The notes under the pieces: model-generated | Told to the model about the DNA's origin: nothing | The model's database searches: none | The model's input: only the letters and a program-made list of their open reading frames with translations | From: a bacterium | Lineage (GTDB): Bacteria > Desulfobacterota > DSWW01 | Length of the DNA: 64,000 bases | Direction of reading: 5' to 3' | NCBI GenBank assembly: GCA_040756235.1 | Contig: JBFLZG010000090.1 | Span: forward strand, 1-64,000 | Shown here: one piece after another, positions 1-10,187 of the stretch | How positions within the stretch are numbered: position 1 is the stretch's first letter | Layout of the letters: every line of letters begins with the position of its first letter | Position numbers and translations under genes: made by a program

Positions 1-1367
1 GCCGCGGAGAACGAGGGATACAGGTTCCCTTGCAGATAGGTCGAGTTGACCAGGAAGGTGATCTGGTTTTCGAGCTCCTTCACGCCGGCGAAATCCATCG
101 TGTCCGGATAGATCGGGATCGCCATCTTGATGCGCTCGTCATAATCCATGATGTACTGGCCGAAATACTGCATCGAGAAGAAGAAGACGTTCTTCTTGTT
201 GAGCGGCCGGATCCAGAAGTTCTTGTCGAGACCGACCATGTAGCGGAGGATGTTCTTTTCCGGGATGCGCCCCGTGGCCGGCAGCTCCAGCCCCGGAATC
301 CCGGTGGGAATCAGCGGCGCGTTGATCTGCGGGATGAACACCGCCTCGTCCCAGAACATCGCCACTTCACTGCGGACCACCGTTTCGGTGTGCGTCTCCC
401 AAAAGTTCAGGGCCGCGCCTGTGATCTGCTCGTCTTCGAACGTGATCTCCTGGCGGAAGTCGAGCGGATTCGCGGGATTGACGATGAGCCGGCCCGACGG
501 GACGTCCGGATAGGTCTTGTAGTGGCCGACGGAAAGATTCAGGTTGTCGCCGATGACCCCCATGATGCGGGCTCCCCAGCGGCTGTTGTCGAGCTTCTTG
601 CCGGGCGTCTTGACCTTCGAGCTGATCGACGGCGGCGCCTGGGGCGGGGCATACGGGGCACCGCGCGGCGACATCGGAGCCACCCGTGCGTCCCAGAAGC
701 CGGGCACCCAGAAGCTCTCCAGCGTCACCGACGCGACCGGCCCGAAGGTGCCGAGGTTGTAGCTCCCGCGCAGCATCCACAGCGGGATCCGGCGGTCGTC
801 CAGGTCCTCGAAGACCCCCCCGAAAGTGCTGTCCAGCGGGTTGATCTGGTCCAGCAGCCGGAACACGTCCGTCTCGCCCCAGGAGAGGTTCTGCCGGCCG
901 ATGCGGAAGTAGACCGGCCCTTTGGTGATGTCCGCATAGGCCTCCCACAGGTCGTACTCCTGCTTGAAGTCGTCGAAGTTGTCCGGGCTCGCATCCGCGA
1001 CGTCCTGGAACTTCTCGGGGCCGTAATCATACACGCCTTCGTACATGAAGCGGCCCACCAGCCGATACTTCAGCTCGATCCCTGCCGATTCGAGAGGCTT
1101 CAACAGAGACAGCCTGCCCATCAGGGACTTCAGATCGTGGTTCACCTCCAGGTAGAGCAGGTTTCGATGCTGCACCAGGTCGCCCGCCTCCGTCTCCGGA
1201 AAGGTGAACCCCGAAGCGTCGTTCAGCCGGATCGAAGCCCTGGTCTGCGCCTTGGCGAGAAACTGCAGGGTCTCCTGCTCGTCGATGAAGACCGCCTCGC
1301 CACCGGAGGCAAGCCCGAAGATTGCCATGACCATGAAGACGCCTGCGAGTGTCCACCTCTCTTTCAT
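1..1367 (-). CDS. DUF1302-like outer-membrane beta-barrel protein (runs off the window's left edge)
   Basis: Not in the ORF track; translated by hand from ATG 1367: MKERWTLAGVFMVMAIFGLASGGEA (signal peptide), then YEGVYDYG, LWEAYAD, RIGRQNLSWGETDVFRLLDQINPLD, RIPLWML. Open to position 1. Confidence 0.75.
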   Translation of the reverse strand, partial: MKERWTLAGVFMVMAIFGLASGGEAVFIDEQETLQFLAKAQTRASIRLNDASGFTFPETEAGDLVQHRNLLYLEVNHDLKSLMGRLSLLKPLESAGIELKYRLVGRFMYEGVYDYGPEKFQDVADASPDNFDDFKQEYDLWEAYADITKGPVYFRIGRQNLSWGETDVFRLLDQINPLDSTFGGVFEDLDDRRIPLWMLRGSYNLGTFGPVASVTLESFWVPGFWDARVAPMSPRGAPYAPPQAPPSISSKVKTPGKKLDNSRWGARIMGVIGDNLNLSVGHYKTYPDVPSGRLIVNPANPLDFRQEITFEDEQITGAALNFWETHTETVVRSEVAMFWDEAVFIPQINAPLIPTGIPGLELPATGRIPEKNILRYMVGLDKNFWIRPLNKKNVFFFSMQYFGQYIMDYDERIKMAIPIYPDTMDFAGVKELENQITFLVNSTYLQGNLYPSFSA

Positions 1368-1648
1368 TCCATTCCCTCTCGTTGCTCGAGCCGAGGCAAA
1401 GCGAAATAGATGGCGCGTTGGATCCTTTTCGCACGGCGCACCCTATGGACCTTCCGCGCCGTCACCAGGTTACCGGCAACGATCGCATCAGGAAGGGACC
1501 GCTCATGATCTTCCGGCTCCTGTCGACACGCGGACGGTCGGTGGAACGGTCTCATATCCGACTCTGGCATAAGCTCCGGTGTGGCAGCACTGCCCCATGC
1601 TTCCCCGCCATATCCCGAGTAAAGTCGAAAGCTCATCCCTGGTGACGG

Positions 1649-2902
1649 CTAATAGTGCGTTGCCTCGAAGATATTGTGAGGCATGCCCATGACCGTGCTG
1701 CAGCCGGCTTCGGTTATGACTACCAGATTCTCGAACTGCATTGCGCCTTCTCCCCCCATCTTCCTGAGCCCAGGTAGTCCGAGCGCTTCCATTTCGAAGG
1801 TCATGCCAGGCTTGAGCACGGTTTCCTCCGTCATCCCGAGCACAGGGGGTTCATGTATATCGAGACCAATACCGTGGCCGTACATCTCGAAGGTCACGTG
1901 GCCGCCCTCCTCCAGAATCCCCTTCATGGCTTTCCAAACCTGCTGGGCCTTGATGCCCGGCCTTGCCGTGCTGACGCCTGCCTCAAAGGCTCGACCGATC
2001 ACGTCCCAGTACTTTTTCCAACTCTCCGTCGCAGGGCCGATGTTGATGATTCGTCCCATATCAGCCCAGTATCCCTTGTAGCGGACCCCTGTATCGATCG
2101 ACAGGTAGTCGCCCCGATTGATCGTACACCCGTCAAAATGGTTGCCCGTATCCCACATTCCCTCGCGGGCCGGGCCGCACATGATATGGCCTTGCTGGAC
2201 TCTGTCGGCGCCGTTTTCGTAGGCGGCACATTGGAAGATCATTCCCACATCATGTTCGGTCATCCCCGGCCGGTACTTTTCCACCACCGTTGCCATGGCT
2301 TGCCTGTGAATCCTTGCCGCTCTTGTCAGCCTCTCGACTTCCAGCGGCGACTTGATCGAACGGCATCCCCAGATCACTTTGTCGCCGTCGACGAATTTCG
2401 CATGAGGCAATGCTTTCATCAGTGCCTCAATATCATTCAGAGGCCGCGGTATCCACATGTGGCCGAGATTCCCCTTTTCAAGTGCGATATGTGCTTTCCC
2501 GTACCCCATGTCCTTGACCGCATCAGCCACATCCAGCGGAAATGTCCGTTCCGAATTGACCTGGTGAACGTCAGCCTGGGTTCTGATGTCACGTATCCAA
2601 CTCTGACCCTCGATGGTCCATCTGAAGAGCTCTCCGGCTATAGCAACCGGCTCCCCTTCCACGGGAATCAAGGCGACCAAAGGTTGGATGCTGGGCACGT
2701 CCCAGTGTATGGAGGTGTAAGCTGCGAAGTATCTGCAGTTCGGGTCGCTCCAAAGCATGAGAAGATCTATGTTCTCCTTCCGCATCAGTTCCCTCGCCTT
2801 ATCGATCCGTGCCTTCCACTCAGCATGGGGCACATCCGGAAATGGCGGGGTAGGTCCGTATAATTCGAATCCCTGTGGTTGCGGTGCCCTCTTGAGAGCC
2901 AT
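1649..2902 (-). CDS. Xaa-Pro peptidase family (M24) protein with creatinase-type N-terminal domain
   Basis: Metal-ligand motifs SIDTG, WADMGR, GHGIGLDIHEPP, FEME, QFEN; GAGGAG RBS before MALKRAPQ. Confidence 0.88.
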   Translation of the reverse strand: MALKRAPQPQGFELYGPTPPFPDVPHAEWKARIDKARELMRKENIDLLMLWSDPNCRYFAAYTSIHWDVPSIQPLVALIPVEGEPVAIAGELFRWTIEGQSWIRDIRTQADVHQVNSERTFPLDVADAVKDMGYGKAHIALEKGNLGHMWIPRPLNDIEALMKALPHAKFVDGDKVIWGCRSIKSPLEVERLTRAARIHRQAMATVVEKYRPGMTEHDVGMIFQCAAYENGADRVQQGHIMCGPAREGMWDTGNHFDGCTINRGDYLSIDTGVRYKGYWADMGRIINIGPATESWKKYWDVIGRAFEAGVSTARPGIKAQQVWKAMKGILEEGGHVTFEMYGHGIGLDIHEPPVLGMTEETVLKPGMTFEMEALGLPGLRKMGGEGAMQFENLVVITEAGCSTVMGMPHNIFEATHY

Positions 2903-3085
2903 TGCCAAACCTCCTCTGCAATTGTCTATGACAGATATGCGTTTTCCATCTTGGATCTCCACTTCGCGATTCTTCGAGGCAGCTATCACCTCCTTTTGCT
3001 GGACACTCTCCAGATACCGACGACTCTGGACGCGCACCCTTCCGGTAGAGGGGACGAACGGAAATTCCGCACCACGCTCGAACGG

Positions 3086-3775
3086 TCACCTAAGCAGATT
3101 CTTCAGTGGCTCCTCGCCGGCAAGTCTGGAGAGATGACTCAGGGTTTCTTCACCGATGAGCAGTCGCCGAGCGACATGGTAGAAGAGTTTCTCGACCTTT
3201 TTGACGTTCAACAGCTCTGGATTCATGGATATCTGGAGAGACACTCCCTCAACGGTGCCAACCATGAGAAATGCAAAGGTGGCAGTATCGATCTTGGGAA
3301 ACTCTCCGCGGCGAATGCCATACTCAATGACCTCGCGAATCCCTCTTCGGTAGGCTTCATGGCAGCGCCGCATACAGCCTCGAATGTCATCGTCGCAGCA
3401 TGCCATGTGGTGCAGATTCAGGAACACCTTGTTGATCTTGCTCTTAAGAACCATCTCCTGAACGAGAAAAGATACCATCGCTTTGAGGCGTGCTGGCGCG
3501 GACTCGATGTCGACGACACTCTTGCGGAATCTGTCTTCCGCCTCGCGCGTATAATCCTCCACAAACGCAAACACGATCTCCTTCTTGTTCTTGAAGAAGT
3601 AGTGAAGCGCACCATAGCTGACATTCGCCGCTCTCGCGATGCTCTTGATCGTGAGTTCCTGATATCCGACCGATTCCAGACATTCGTAAAGGCCTGCGAT
3701 GATTTCCTTGCGTCTTTCGTCAGCGACCCTTCTTCTAGACACGTATTCCTCCGAAGTATTTGTTTGCCGCTCCAC
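3086..3775 (-). CDS. TetR/AcrR family transcriptional regulator (BetI-like)
   Basis: N-terminal HTH RRKEII...TIKSIARAANVSYGALHYFFKNK; C-terminal GIRRGEF. Confidence 0.9.
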   Translation of the reverse strand: MERQTNTSEEYVSRRRVADERRKEIIAGLYECLESVGYQELTIKSIARAANVSYGALHYFFKNKKEIVFAFVEDYTREAEDRFRKSVVDIESAPARLKAMVSFLVQEMVLKSKINKVFLNLHHMACCDDDIRGCMRRCHEAYRRGIREVIEYGIRRGEFPKIDTATFAFLMVGTVEGVSLQISMNPELLNVKKVEKLFYHVARRLLIGEETLSHLSRLAGEEPLKNLLR

Positions 3776-3952
3776 CTCGTTCAGAAATCACTGCGGACTG
3801 TCCTCACGCGCTGGCAGGCCTTGACGCGATTTGCCGCTTCGCCACCATGGTCTCGCAAAAGATCGTATGGGATGACAGATGCAAGGGGCGCATCCGAGTT
3901 GTGGCGGCTCCATTTCTGGCACGATCCGTGGGAGTTCCTCTCCGTCACGGGT

Positions 3953-4966
3953 TCACTTGGACATTCGACGAACAAGCCAAGGTAGAATGGGCCAGATGAA
4001 TGAAAGCGTCCGTGGACTCAGCCAAGCCACGCGGCGGACCTCCACAAATTCGACCAGGTTGCCGTCGGGATCCTTGACGTAAGCGAAATATCCACGGGAG
4101 CCTGAGCCCATGTTCATGTGGGTCGCCGGACGGAATATCTCCTGCTTGCTGGCTTTGAGCTGCTCCACCGCGGAGCGAATGTTCGGAACTTCAAAGCCGG
4201 ACTCCATCTGAAATCCCGGATCGCCCCACGGACGGCCCTCCGAGAGATCTCTGCCTTCATATTCCAGTGCCTGCACCAACCTCAGCGTTCCTCCGCCCGG
4301 GACCACAAAGGGGCCCTCGAGAGAAGTGCTTCTGCCCAATAGTACCTCCCGCTGGTTTACCTGCCCGCGCAACAAAGGGTCAAAGGCCGATGCCCTCCCA
4401 CTGGCTTCATAGAGAACCTTGTCATATCCGATCACATCACGATAAAAGACGAGAGCTCGGTCCAAATTGCGAACTCCGATGGTAACCTGAGTGAGTCCTG
4501 TCACAGCAGGCCTGCACGGGGTGTCCGGGGTACTGTCGACAAGCTCGACAAGATTGGCGTCAGGGTCCCTGAGAAAAGCGAATTCCCTCCGTCGGCCATC
4601 GGCGAGACGTATGGATTGAACGGGGACCTCGAAAGCAATTCCCAATTTCTCCCATTCACGGGCTAACGCAGCCAGGTTCGTCGCGCGGTACCCGCTTGCC
4701 AGGTAGCCGATATCCCCCCAGCGGTCTCTGTTGCGGTGCGATGGGGTGGAGACGAGCTTCACCAGCTCGACTGCGCCTCTCTTCAGGGGATTGAGAGCCA
4801 TGATGATCCGTACTTCTGCAAGTTCGCCGATAAACGGGACCAACTCCTCGCTTCTGCCTTGCCAGTCAACCAGTTTGAGGTCGAATCCAAGACGCTCTCT
4901 ATAGAACCCATAGCTTGCACGTGCATCGGATACTCCCATGCCCACATGCTGGAGAGCGCAAAGCAT
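3953..4966 (-). CDS. Two-domain VOC (glyoxalase/bleomycin resistance) family protein
   Basis: Two VOC repeats: HVGMGVSD...FLRDPDANLVEL and QVTIGVRNLDRAL...YVKDPDGNLVEF; GGAGGGAG RBS. Confidence 0.87.
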   Translation of the reverse strand: MLCALQHVGMGVSDARASYGFYRERLGFDLKLVDWQGRSEELVPFIGELAEVRIIMALNPLKRGAVELVKLVSTPSHRNRDRWGDIGYLASGYRATNLAALAREWEKLGIAFEVPVQSIRLADGRRREFAFLRDPDANLVELVDSTPDTPCRPAVTGLTQVTIGVRNLDRALVFYRDVIGYDKVLYEASGRASAFDPLLRGQVNQREVLLGRSTSLEGPFVVPGGGTLRLVQALEYEGRDLSEGRPWGDPGFQMESGFEVPNIRSAVEQLKASKQEIFRPATHMNMGSGSRGYFAYVKDPDGNLVEFVEVRRVAWLSPRTLSFIWPILPWLVRRMSK

Positions 4967-5099
4967 CTCTTACTCCCTCCGCTGGTTAGCGTGAGTTCGA
5001 TTCGACGGTCACTTGTCTCGGTTTTGGGCCATCGCGTTGTGGATTGATTCCAGGGTCACCATCCCGCAGAGCTCATCTTCATGTGCGCAAGTTAATTAT

Positions 5100-5141
5100 G
5101 TTGGACGACCAACTTGTAACAGAGCGCTGAGCCACTGTCAA
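5100..5141 (-). promoter_or_regulatory. Sigma70-type promoter with overlapping palindromic operator, upstream of the VOC gene
   Basis: Minus strand TTGACA (5141-5136), 17 nt, TACAAG (5118-5113); palindrome GTTGG-acga-CCAAC at 5100-5113 over the predicted +1. Confidence 0.6.
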
Positions 5142-5882
5142 CAGATTTCTTTTCACAGGCAGCCCTGGCTGTCTGAGATCGGCGAGGTCGAGTGTTTTGA
5201 AGGGAGGGATGAGGCAGGCGGCGGCCTTCTCCGGGCATGGACCCGGACCTTGGAGTTTCAGCCCATCATCTCCCAGGCGCATGCTGCGACGGAACCGAAG
5301 ATCACCGGAATCGCCGGCCACTTCAGAATCTGCATCCCGGCAAATGCGTTCAGACTGCGCCATGGTGACCGAGGGATTTTCGTTAACCTGGTTTTAGAGA
5401 AGGGGCAGGCTGCAGGAAGGAGGCTTACCCCTACAAAAGGAGAGCAGGCTGAAGGCACAAGGGTCAAGGTTGATCTGGAGAAAAGGCAACCTACAGGAAG
5501 GCAGCCATTGTATGGATTGTAAGTTGTTACCCGACTCCAAGCATGCACGCGGACGCGAAACACGCGGGGGCGATACGGAGGCTTGGTGTAGTCCCTTGGC
5601 CGTGTGGTTTCGGGCCGGTGATGCTCGCCGTTCGGCTCTTGCGTCCTCCGCTATGAACAATTCGCCCGAATCGTGCTCATGCTCGTGTCACGGATGCGCG
5701 CCCGCCACTGGCCATCATTGCCGCGCTCACGCTTGCACTCCCGGCTGCTCGCAGCACCTGCTAACGGGCCGCAGTGGGCCTTCACTCGATGATATTCTTA
5801 TAGACGCATCCCTGAACTCTGAATGCGGAGGCGCTTTCGGGGCTTGTGCAGGAGAACCGCGGCGTGCTCTGCGGCCAGCGCT

Positions 5883-6392
5883 CTAGCGCAGTTCCTGGTC
5901 CCCTTTTCGCTGCAGGAGTTTCATGCTCGTGGAAGGTTTCAACAGGCCGAGGTCGCGGCCGGCCACCTGCATGCACTGCTCCAGAAGAAGGCCCTGGAGC
6001 TCGTGCGCGGCCGTCGGGTCGAGCGACTTCCGGCAGGCGAAGAAACAGTCGATGGTGGAGCTGAGAAGCGCGTTGCATCGGTTGCGTAGCTCGAGGTCGA
6101 CGGTCGGGGGACCGCCTTCGACCTCCTCCAAAAAGCGCCGGATCTCAGCGGGCGCGTCCCGGCCGGTCTTCTCCTTCACGGTCGTGAAGACCTTCTTCAT
6201 GGCCGCGCACGCCGACTCGATCTCCTGCCGGAGGAGGTCCGCGCGGTACTCGACGCGCTCCGTGAGCTGATCCAGAAGGAAGACGGCTGCCAGGACCTGC
6301 CTGCGCAGGTGGTCGCACTCGATCTGCGGGGCCACGTCGTGCTCCAGGGCGTGGGAGAGCCTCTGGAGATACTCCTGTGCGGACATGAACAT
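5883..6392 (-). CDS. Helical hypothetical protein, LvaB/DUF6285-like kinase partner
   Basis: Starts 2 nt after the APH stop; SAQEYLQRLSHALEHDVAPQI...RRQVLAAVFLL pattern resembles small proteins that follow ACAD10/11-type kinases. Confidence 0.65.
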   Translation of the reverse strand: MFMSAQEYLQRLSHALEHDVAPQIECDHLRRQVLAAVFLLDQLTERVEYRADLLRQEIESACAAMKKVFTTVKEKTGRDAPAEIRRFLEEVEGGPPTVDLELRNRCNALLSSTIDCFFACRKSLDPTAAHELQGLLLEQCMQVAGRDLGLLKPSTSMKLLQRKGDQELR

Positions 6393-6394
6393 CT

Positions 6395-7453
6395 TCAGCC
6401 TCCTCCTGCGGCCCAGTGATGCTTGTACAGCTCGCTCATCAGGTCGAAGTGGCTGAGGTACTGCATCATGCCGAAGACGCCGACGCGCAGATCCAGGTCC
6501 CGCCTCCTCCAGGCGCCCGCCGCCGTGCTCGCGATGCCGGTGGCCTTGAACTTGTGGAGCACGTGGAAAAACTCGAGCTTCTTCCGGTCGACCCGGATGC
6601 CGCTCGCGTCCTCATAGCGGGCCAGGAACTCCTCCTCGGGCAGGAGGTGGCTGATCCAGCTGTTGGGAGGCGCCGAGCGCCACACGTTCAGGCAGTAGGC
6701 GATGTCGAAGAGCGGGTCGCCGAGATGGACGAGCTCCCAGTCCAGGACGGCTGCGATCCGTCCGTCTCGGGCGATGTAGTTGCCGGACCGGTAATCGCCG
6801 TGGACCAGGCAGACCCGGTCGCTCTCGACGAGGTTGTCCTTGAGCCAGTTGGCCGCGTAGGCGACGGCGGGCTTGGTGCGGAACCCGGAGCGCGCCATCC
6901 GATCCTCCCAGAATTCGACCTGCATCCGGGCCGCGCCCGTTCCGGGGCCGGGCACCCCCAGGAAGTCGAGGCCCAGGCCGCGCCAGTCCGCATGGTGGAT
7001 GAGCGCCAGGTTCTTCACGAAATCGCCCGCGAGGCTGGCCCGCTCGGCGTCGTCCGGGATCAGCCGAAAATCCGGGTCGTAGGAGGCCGGGGGAGGGAAG
7101 GGGATGGTGCCTTCCACTTTTTCCATCACGTAGAAGGGCCTGCCCAGGACCTCGGGGTCCGGCTCCAGCCAGTACGTCCGGGGCACCGCGACCTCGGTCC
7201 GGTTCAGGGCCGTGAGCACCCGGTACTCGATCGACACGTCGTAGTTCTCGTCCATGAGCCCGAGCTCGGGTGCCTTGCGGATGATGATGTCCCGAGTCAG
7301 CTGCTCGCCGTTCTTGCGGTAGGAAAGACCGAGGCTGTACGTCTCCATGGACCAGCCCTCGAGGTTCTTCCAGAAGCTCGTGAGCTGCAGTTCCTCGGCC
7401 TCGAGCTTCCCGGCCAGGTAGCCGCGCATCTTGGCGAGATCGAAATGGGCCAT
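6395..7453 (-). CDS. Phosphotransferase (APH) family protein, ACAD10/11-LvaA-like kinase
   Basis: GWSMETY, LGRPFYVMEKVEG, HGDYRSGN, VLDWELVHLGDPLFDIAY; start taken at MAHFDL. Confidence 0.88.
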   Translation of the reverse strand: MAHFDLAKMRGYLAGKLEAEELQLTSFWKNLEGWSMETYSLGLSYRKNGEQLTRDIIIRKAPELGLMDENYDVSIEYRVLTALNRTEVAVPRTYWLEPDPEVLGRPFYVMEKVEGTIPFPPPASYDPDFRLIPDDAERASLAGDFVKNLALIHHADWRGLGLDFLGVPGPGTGAARMQVEFWEDRMARSGFRTKPAVAYAANWLKDNLVESDRVCLVHGDYRSGNYIARDGRIAAVLDWELVHLGDPLFDIAYCLNVWRSAPPNSWISHLLPEEEFLARYEDASGIRVDRKKLEFFHVLHKFKATGIASTAAGAWRRRDLDLRVGVFGMMQYLSHFDLMSELYKHHWAAGGG

Positions 7454-7473
7454 CCTGCACCGTCCCCCTACCC

Positions 7474-7511
7474 GAGGCTGTCGATAAACGGCCGTCTGCG
7501 GCGTTGCGCTC
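7474..7511 (+). repeat. Truncated left end of the 16918-17043 palindromic element
   Basis: GAGGCTGTCGATAAACGGCCGTCTGCGGCGTTGCGCTC versus GAGGCTGTCCATAAACGCCCATCTGCGGCGTTACGCTC. Confidence 0.75.
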
Positions 7512-7547
7512 ACGGCGTATGGGCGGCCGCCCTCTCGCCGCTGCCCC

Positions 7548-8477
7548 TCAGGGTCGAGCGGGCTCGCCGGGTCTCTCGTGGTACGGCTCGTCCGGGTGGA
7601 TCAGGTACTCGTCGATCCCCTCGCACTTCTCGCCCGTTCGAAGGTCCGTGAACTCGGCGAAGTTCTCATGCAACATCATGACGCGGTCCGCGTCCGTCCG
7701 GGGCATGGGCATCCGGAGGGTCGAAAACATGGCGGAGCTGACTTTCGCAAGAACGCGGCCCTGCCGGTCGTAGCCGGTGTATACGGCCGAGACCGGGCCG
7801 CCGTCCACGAACCGCGTGCCCTCGACCTCCAGACGGACCACCGGTGTGTTGCCCCGTGCCGTCGACACGTAGCCGGCGGCAAAGGCGCGCCCGCCCATGA
7901 GGATGCGGTGGAGGTTGATCGTTCGGTCGGGAAAGTAGACACCCACCCAGTTCCAGCCGGTGAGCAGCCCCTCGTCCCGATACCCCCAGGTGTGGTCCCG
8001 GTCGCAGACGCATTCGATGGGGCGGGTCCTGCCGTCCTTGGTCAATTCTCCCCGGGCGCGAAGGGCCTGCCGATAGTGGCGGACGGACAGGGCGCGGTTG
8101 CCGCCCTCCCGGCCCTCCTCCGACTTTCCGTAGTCATGGGCGGGGAAGAGCGCCTCGTATTCGATCTCCACCTGGTGCCACGGACCGCTGAAGGAGACCC
8201 GGAATTTTTTGAACGGCTCGGGGAACTCGAAGCGCAGCTTTCCGTCCGCTGTCTCGCGCAGGTTCTCGATGTCCATCAAGTTGCTGTACGGTAAGATCTC
8301 ATCGTCCACCACGTGAATGGCGGTGAACCGGCCCTGGTTCGTGTGCCGCATGAGCGAGATGTGGTTGATGCCCCAGGCCCGGTTCTTGCGATCGATGAAG
8401 TTGAAGTACCAGTTCTCTTTCCAGGCCGTCTCGAGGTCCTTGGGGTAGTCGTGAATGCCTTCGTCCCTTGGATCCAT
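7548..8477 (-). CDS. Hypothetical beta-rich protein (DUF7064/7065-like, CrtC/tocopherol-cyclase-type fold suspected)
   Basis: DEGIH...WKENWYFNF, HYRQ, RDHTWGYRD, WNW motifs. Confidence 0.65.
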   Translation of the reverse strand: MDPRDEGIHDYPKDLETAWKENWYFNFIDRKNRAWGINHISLMRHTNQGRFTAIHVVDDEILPYSNLMDIENLRETADGKLRFEFPEPFKKFRVSFSGPWHQVEIEYEALFPAHDYGKSEEGREGGNRALSVRHYRQALRARGELTKDGRTRPIECVCDRDHTWGYRDEGLLTGWNWVGVYFPDRTINLHRILMGGRAFAAGYVSTARGNTPVVRLEVEGTRFVDGGPVSAVYTGYDRQGRVLAKVSSAMFSTLRMPMPRTDADRVMMLHENFAEFTDLRTGEKCEGIDEYLIHPDEPYHERPGEPARP

Positions 8478-8552
8478 CCGATCTCCTCGTGGAAGGCAAC
8501 CTGCCGGAACGGAGAATGCGGTGCCTTCGCAGAGCCTCGACGCGATCGTCTT

Positions 8553-8846
8553 TCAGATGGAAGCGACCTCTTCGAGGATCGAGAGCTCCGGCGGGGCCTC
8601 GACGAACGTCTGCACCTTGGCCATGAACTCGGCCATGTGCGGGGAAGTCGCATGCGCCTGGAAAGCGGCCTGGTCGCGGTATCGCTCCAGGACCACCAAG
8701 AGGTTCGGGTTGGCCGGATCTCGATTGAACGTGTAGAAGAGGGTCCCCGGCTCCTTCGCCACGTGCGGCAGGAACTCGTTCAGCACCTTCATGACGGTAT
8801 CCATCTTTCCTTCCCGGATGCGGATCTTGGCGATGACTGCGAGCAT
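8553..8846 (-). CDS. Antibiotic biosynthesis monooxygenase (ABM) family protein
   Basis: 97 aa; KEPGTLFY, LERYRDQAAFQAHATSPH. Confidence 0.88.
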   Translation of the reverse strand: MLAVIAKIRIREGKMDTVMKVLNEFLPHVAKEPGTLFYTFNRDPANPNLLVVLERYRDQAAFQAHATSPHMAEFMAKVQTFVEAPPELSILEEVASI

Positions 8847-9076
8847 GTTCTTCCTCCCTGATGCGGTTGTCGAGCCTTGCCTCTCCGACCCTCTTCGATC
8901 ACCCGGCCTCGGGACACCTCATCATTTCACCTGCTCCGCGCGAGGTCAAGGTGCCGGCGGCGCCCTGCAGGATCGCGGCCTCCGAGATTTACGGACACCG
9001 GCTCTTGTGGTAGTAATAGCCACTTACCTGGTTTGCGGAACTTTCCTGCACCCGATGGGTGGGAGCGATCGCCGCC

Positions 9077-10159
9077 ATGTCACGAGCACCCGTAGAAGAA
9101 AAGCAGCCGGAGGCGGCCGTAGCCAAGCCCCGCCCGCAGCGCGGTCGGCGCGGACCGGTTTTCCTTCTCGTCCTTCTGGCCGCGGCCGCCGCAGGGATCT
9201 ACTATCTCTGGGAGCGGAGCAACCGCGTTACCACGGACGATGCCTACGTCCACTGCACCATCTATCAGATCAGCCCCCGTATATCCGGCACGGTGATGGA
9301 CGTTTTCGTCCAGGACAACCAGGGCGTCGAGGCCGGCTCCCTGATGGTCCAGCTCGACCGCGAGCCGTTCCAGCTCAAGGTGCGCGAAGCCCGCGCCGCA
9401 CTGGAAGCGGCCCGCACCCAGCTGGCCAGCGCGCAGGTCGGGCTGAAAGCCGCTCAGGCGGAAGACGCCCTCGTTGAGGCCAAGCTCGTCCAGGCCCAGA
9501 CCGACCTGGATCGGGCTGCCAAGCTCCTGCAGGGCAAGGCGATCGCCCAGGACCGCTACGATCAGGTCCAGACCCAGCACCGGGTGCTGACCGCCCAGCG
9601 CGGCGTGAGCGTTGCCCAGATCGAGGTGGCAAGGTCCAAGGTGGAATCGAGTCAGGCGAGCCTGGAGAGCGCGGAGACCTCGCTCGCCGATGCGGAGCTG
9701 ATGCTCAGCTATACGGAGATCCGTTCGCCCGCAAAAGGGGTCGTGAGCAAGAAGACCGTGGAGAAGGGATGGGTGGTGCAGGCCGGCTCCCCCTTGTTGG
9801 CCGTGGCGGACCTGGAAGACGTCTGGGTGGACGCGAACTTCAAGGAGACCCAGATCGAGCACGTGCGGCCGGGGCTGCGGGCGACCATCCTGACCGACTC
9901 GTATCCCGGCCTCGAGATTCCCGCTCACGTCGAATCGATCGAAGCCGGCACCGGAGCCGCCTTCTCCCTGTTCCCGCCCGAGAACGCGACCGGCAACTGG
10001 GTGAAGGTCGTGCAGCGCATCCCCGTCAAGGTGGTCCTGGACGGCCCTGCCGGGGGGGAAGACCGCGTGCGCCTGCGCGTCGGCATGTCGGCGGAAGTGA
10101 CGGTTCTGCTCCAGGGAAGGCCCCTCCTGCCTTGGCCCCTGTCTCTGTTCCTGCCTTGA
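9077..10159 (+). CDS. HlyD/EmrA family membrane-fusion protein
   Basis: TM anchor, TTDDAYV, ANFKETQ, FSLFPPENATGNWVKVVQRIPVK. Confidence 0.93.
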   Translation: MSRAPVEEKQPEAAVAKPRPQRGRRGPVFLLVLLAAAAAGIYYLWERSNRVTTDDAYVHCTIYQISPRISGTVMDVFVQDNQGVEAGSLMVQLDREPFQLKVREARAALEAARTQLASAQVGLKAAQAEDALVEAKLVQAQTDLDRAAKLLQGKAIAQDRYDQVQTQHRVLTAQRGVSVAQIEVARSKVESSQASLESAETSLADAELMLSYTEIRSPAKGVVSKKTVEKGWVVQAGSPLLAVADLEDVWVDANFKETQIEHVRPGLRATILTDSYPGLEIPAHVESIEAGTGAAFSLFPPENATGNWVKVVQRIPVKVVLDGPAGGEDRVRLRVGMSAEVTVLLQGRPLLPWPLSLFLP

Positions 10160-10187
10160 CTTCTTCCCGGACGGGAAAGCAGGAGCC

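Noticed and set aside
30..1409. 459-aa plus-strand ORF and similar long antisense ORFs (17203-19536, 20557-22728, 29748-31919, 37097-39058, 51029-53998)
   Set aside because: They are shadow frames opposite well-supported genes, typical of high-GC codon bias, and have no recognisable motifs.
5013..5886. Short ORFs between the VOC gene and the LvaB-like gene
   Set aside because: They have no motifs, poor codon bias and mutual overlaps; the region is treated as non-coding or decayed.
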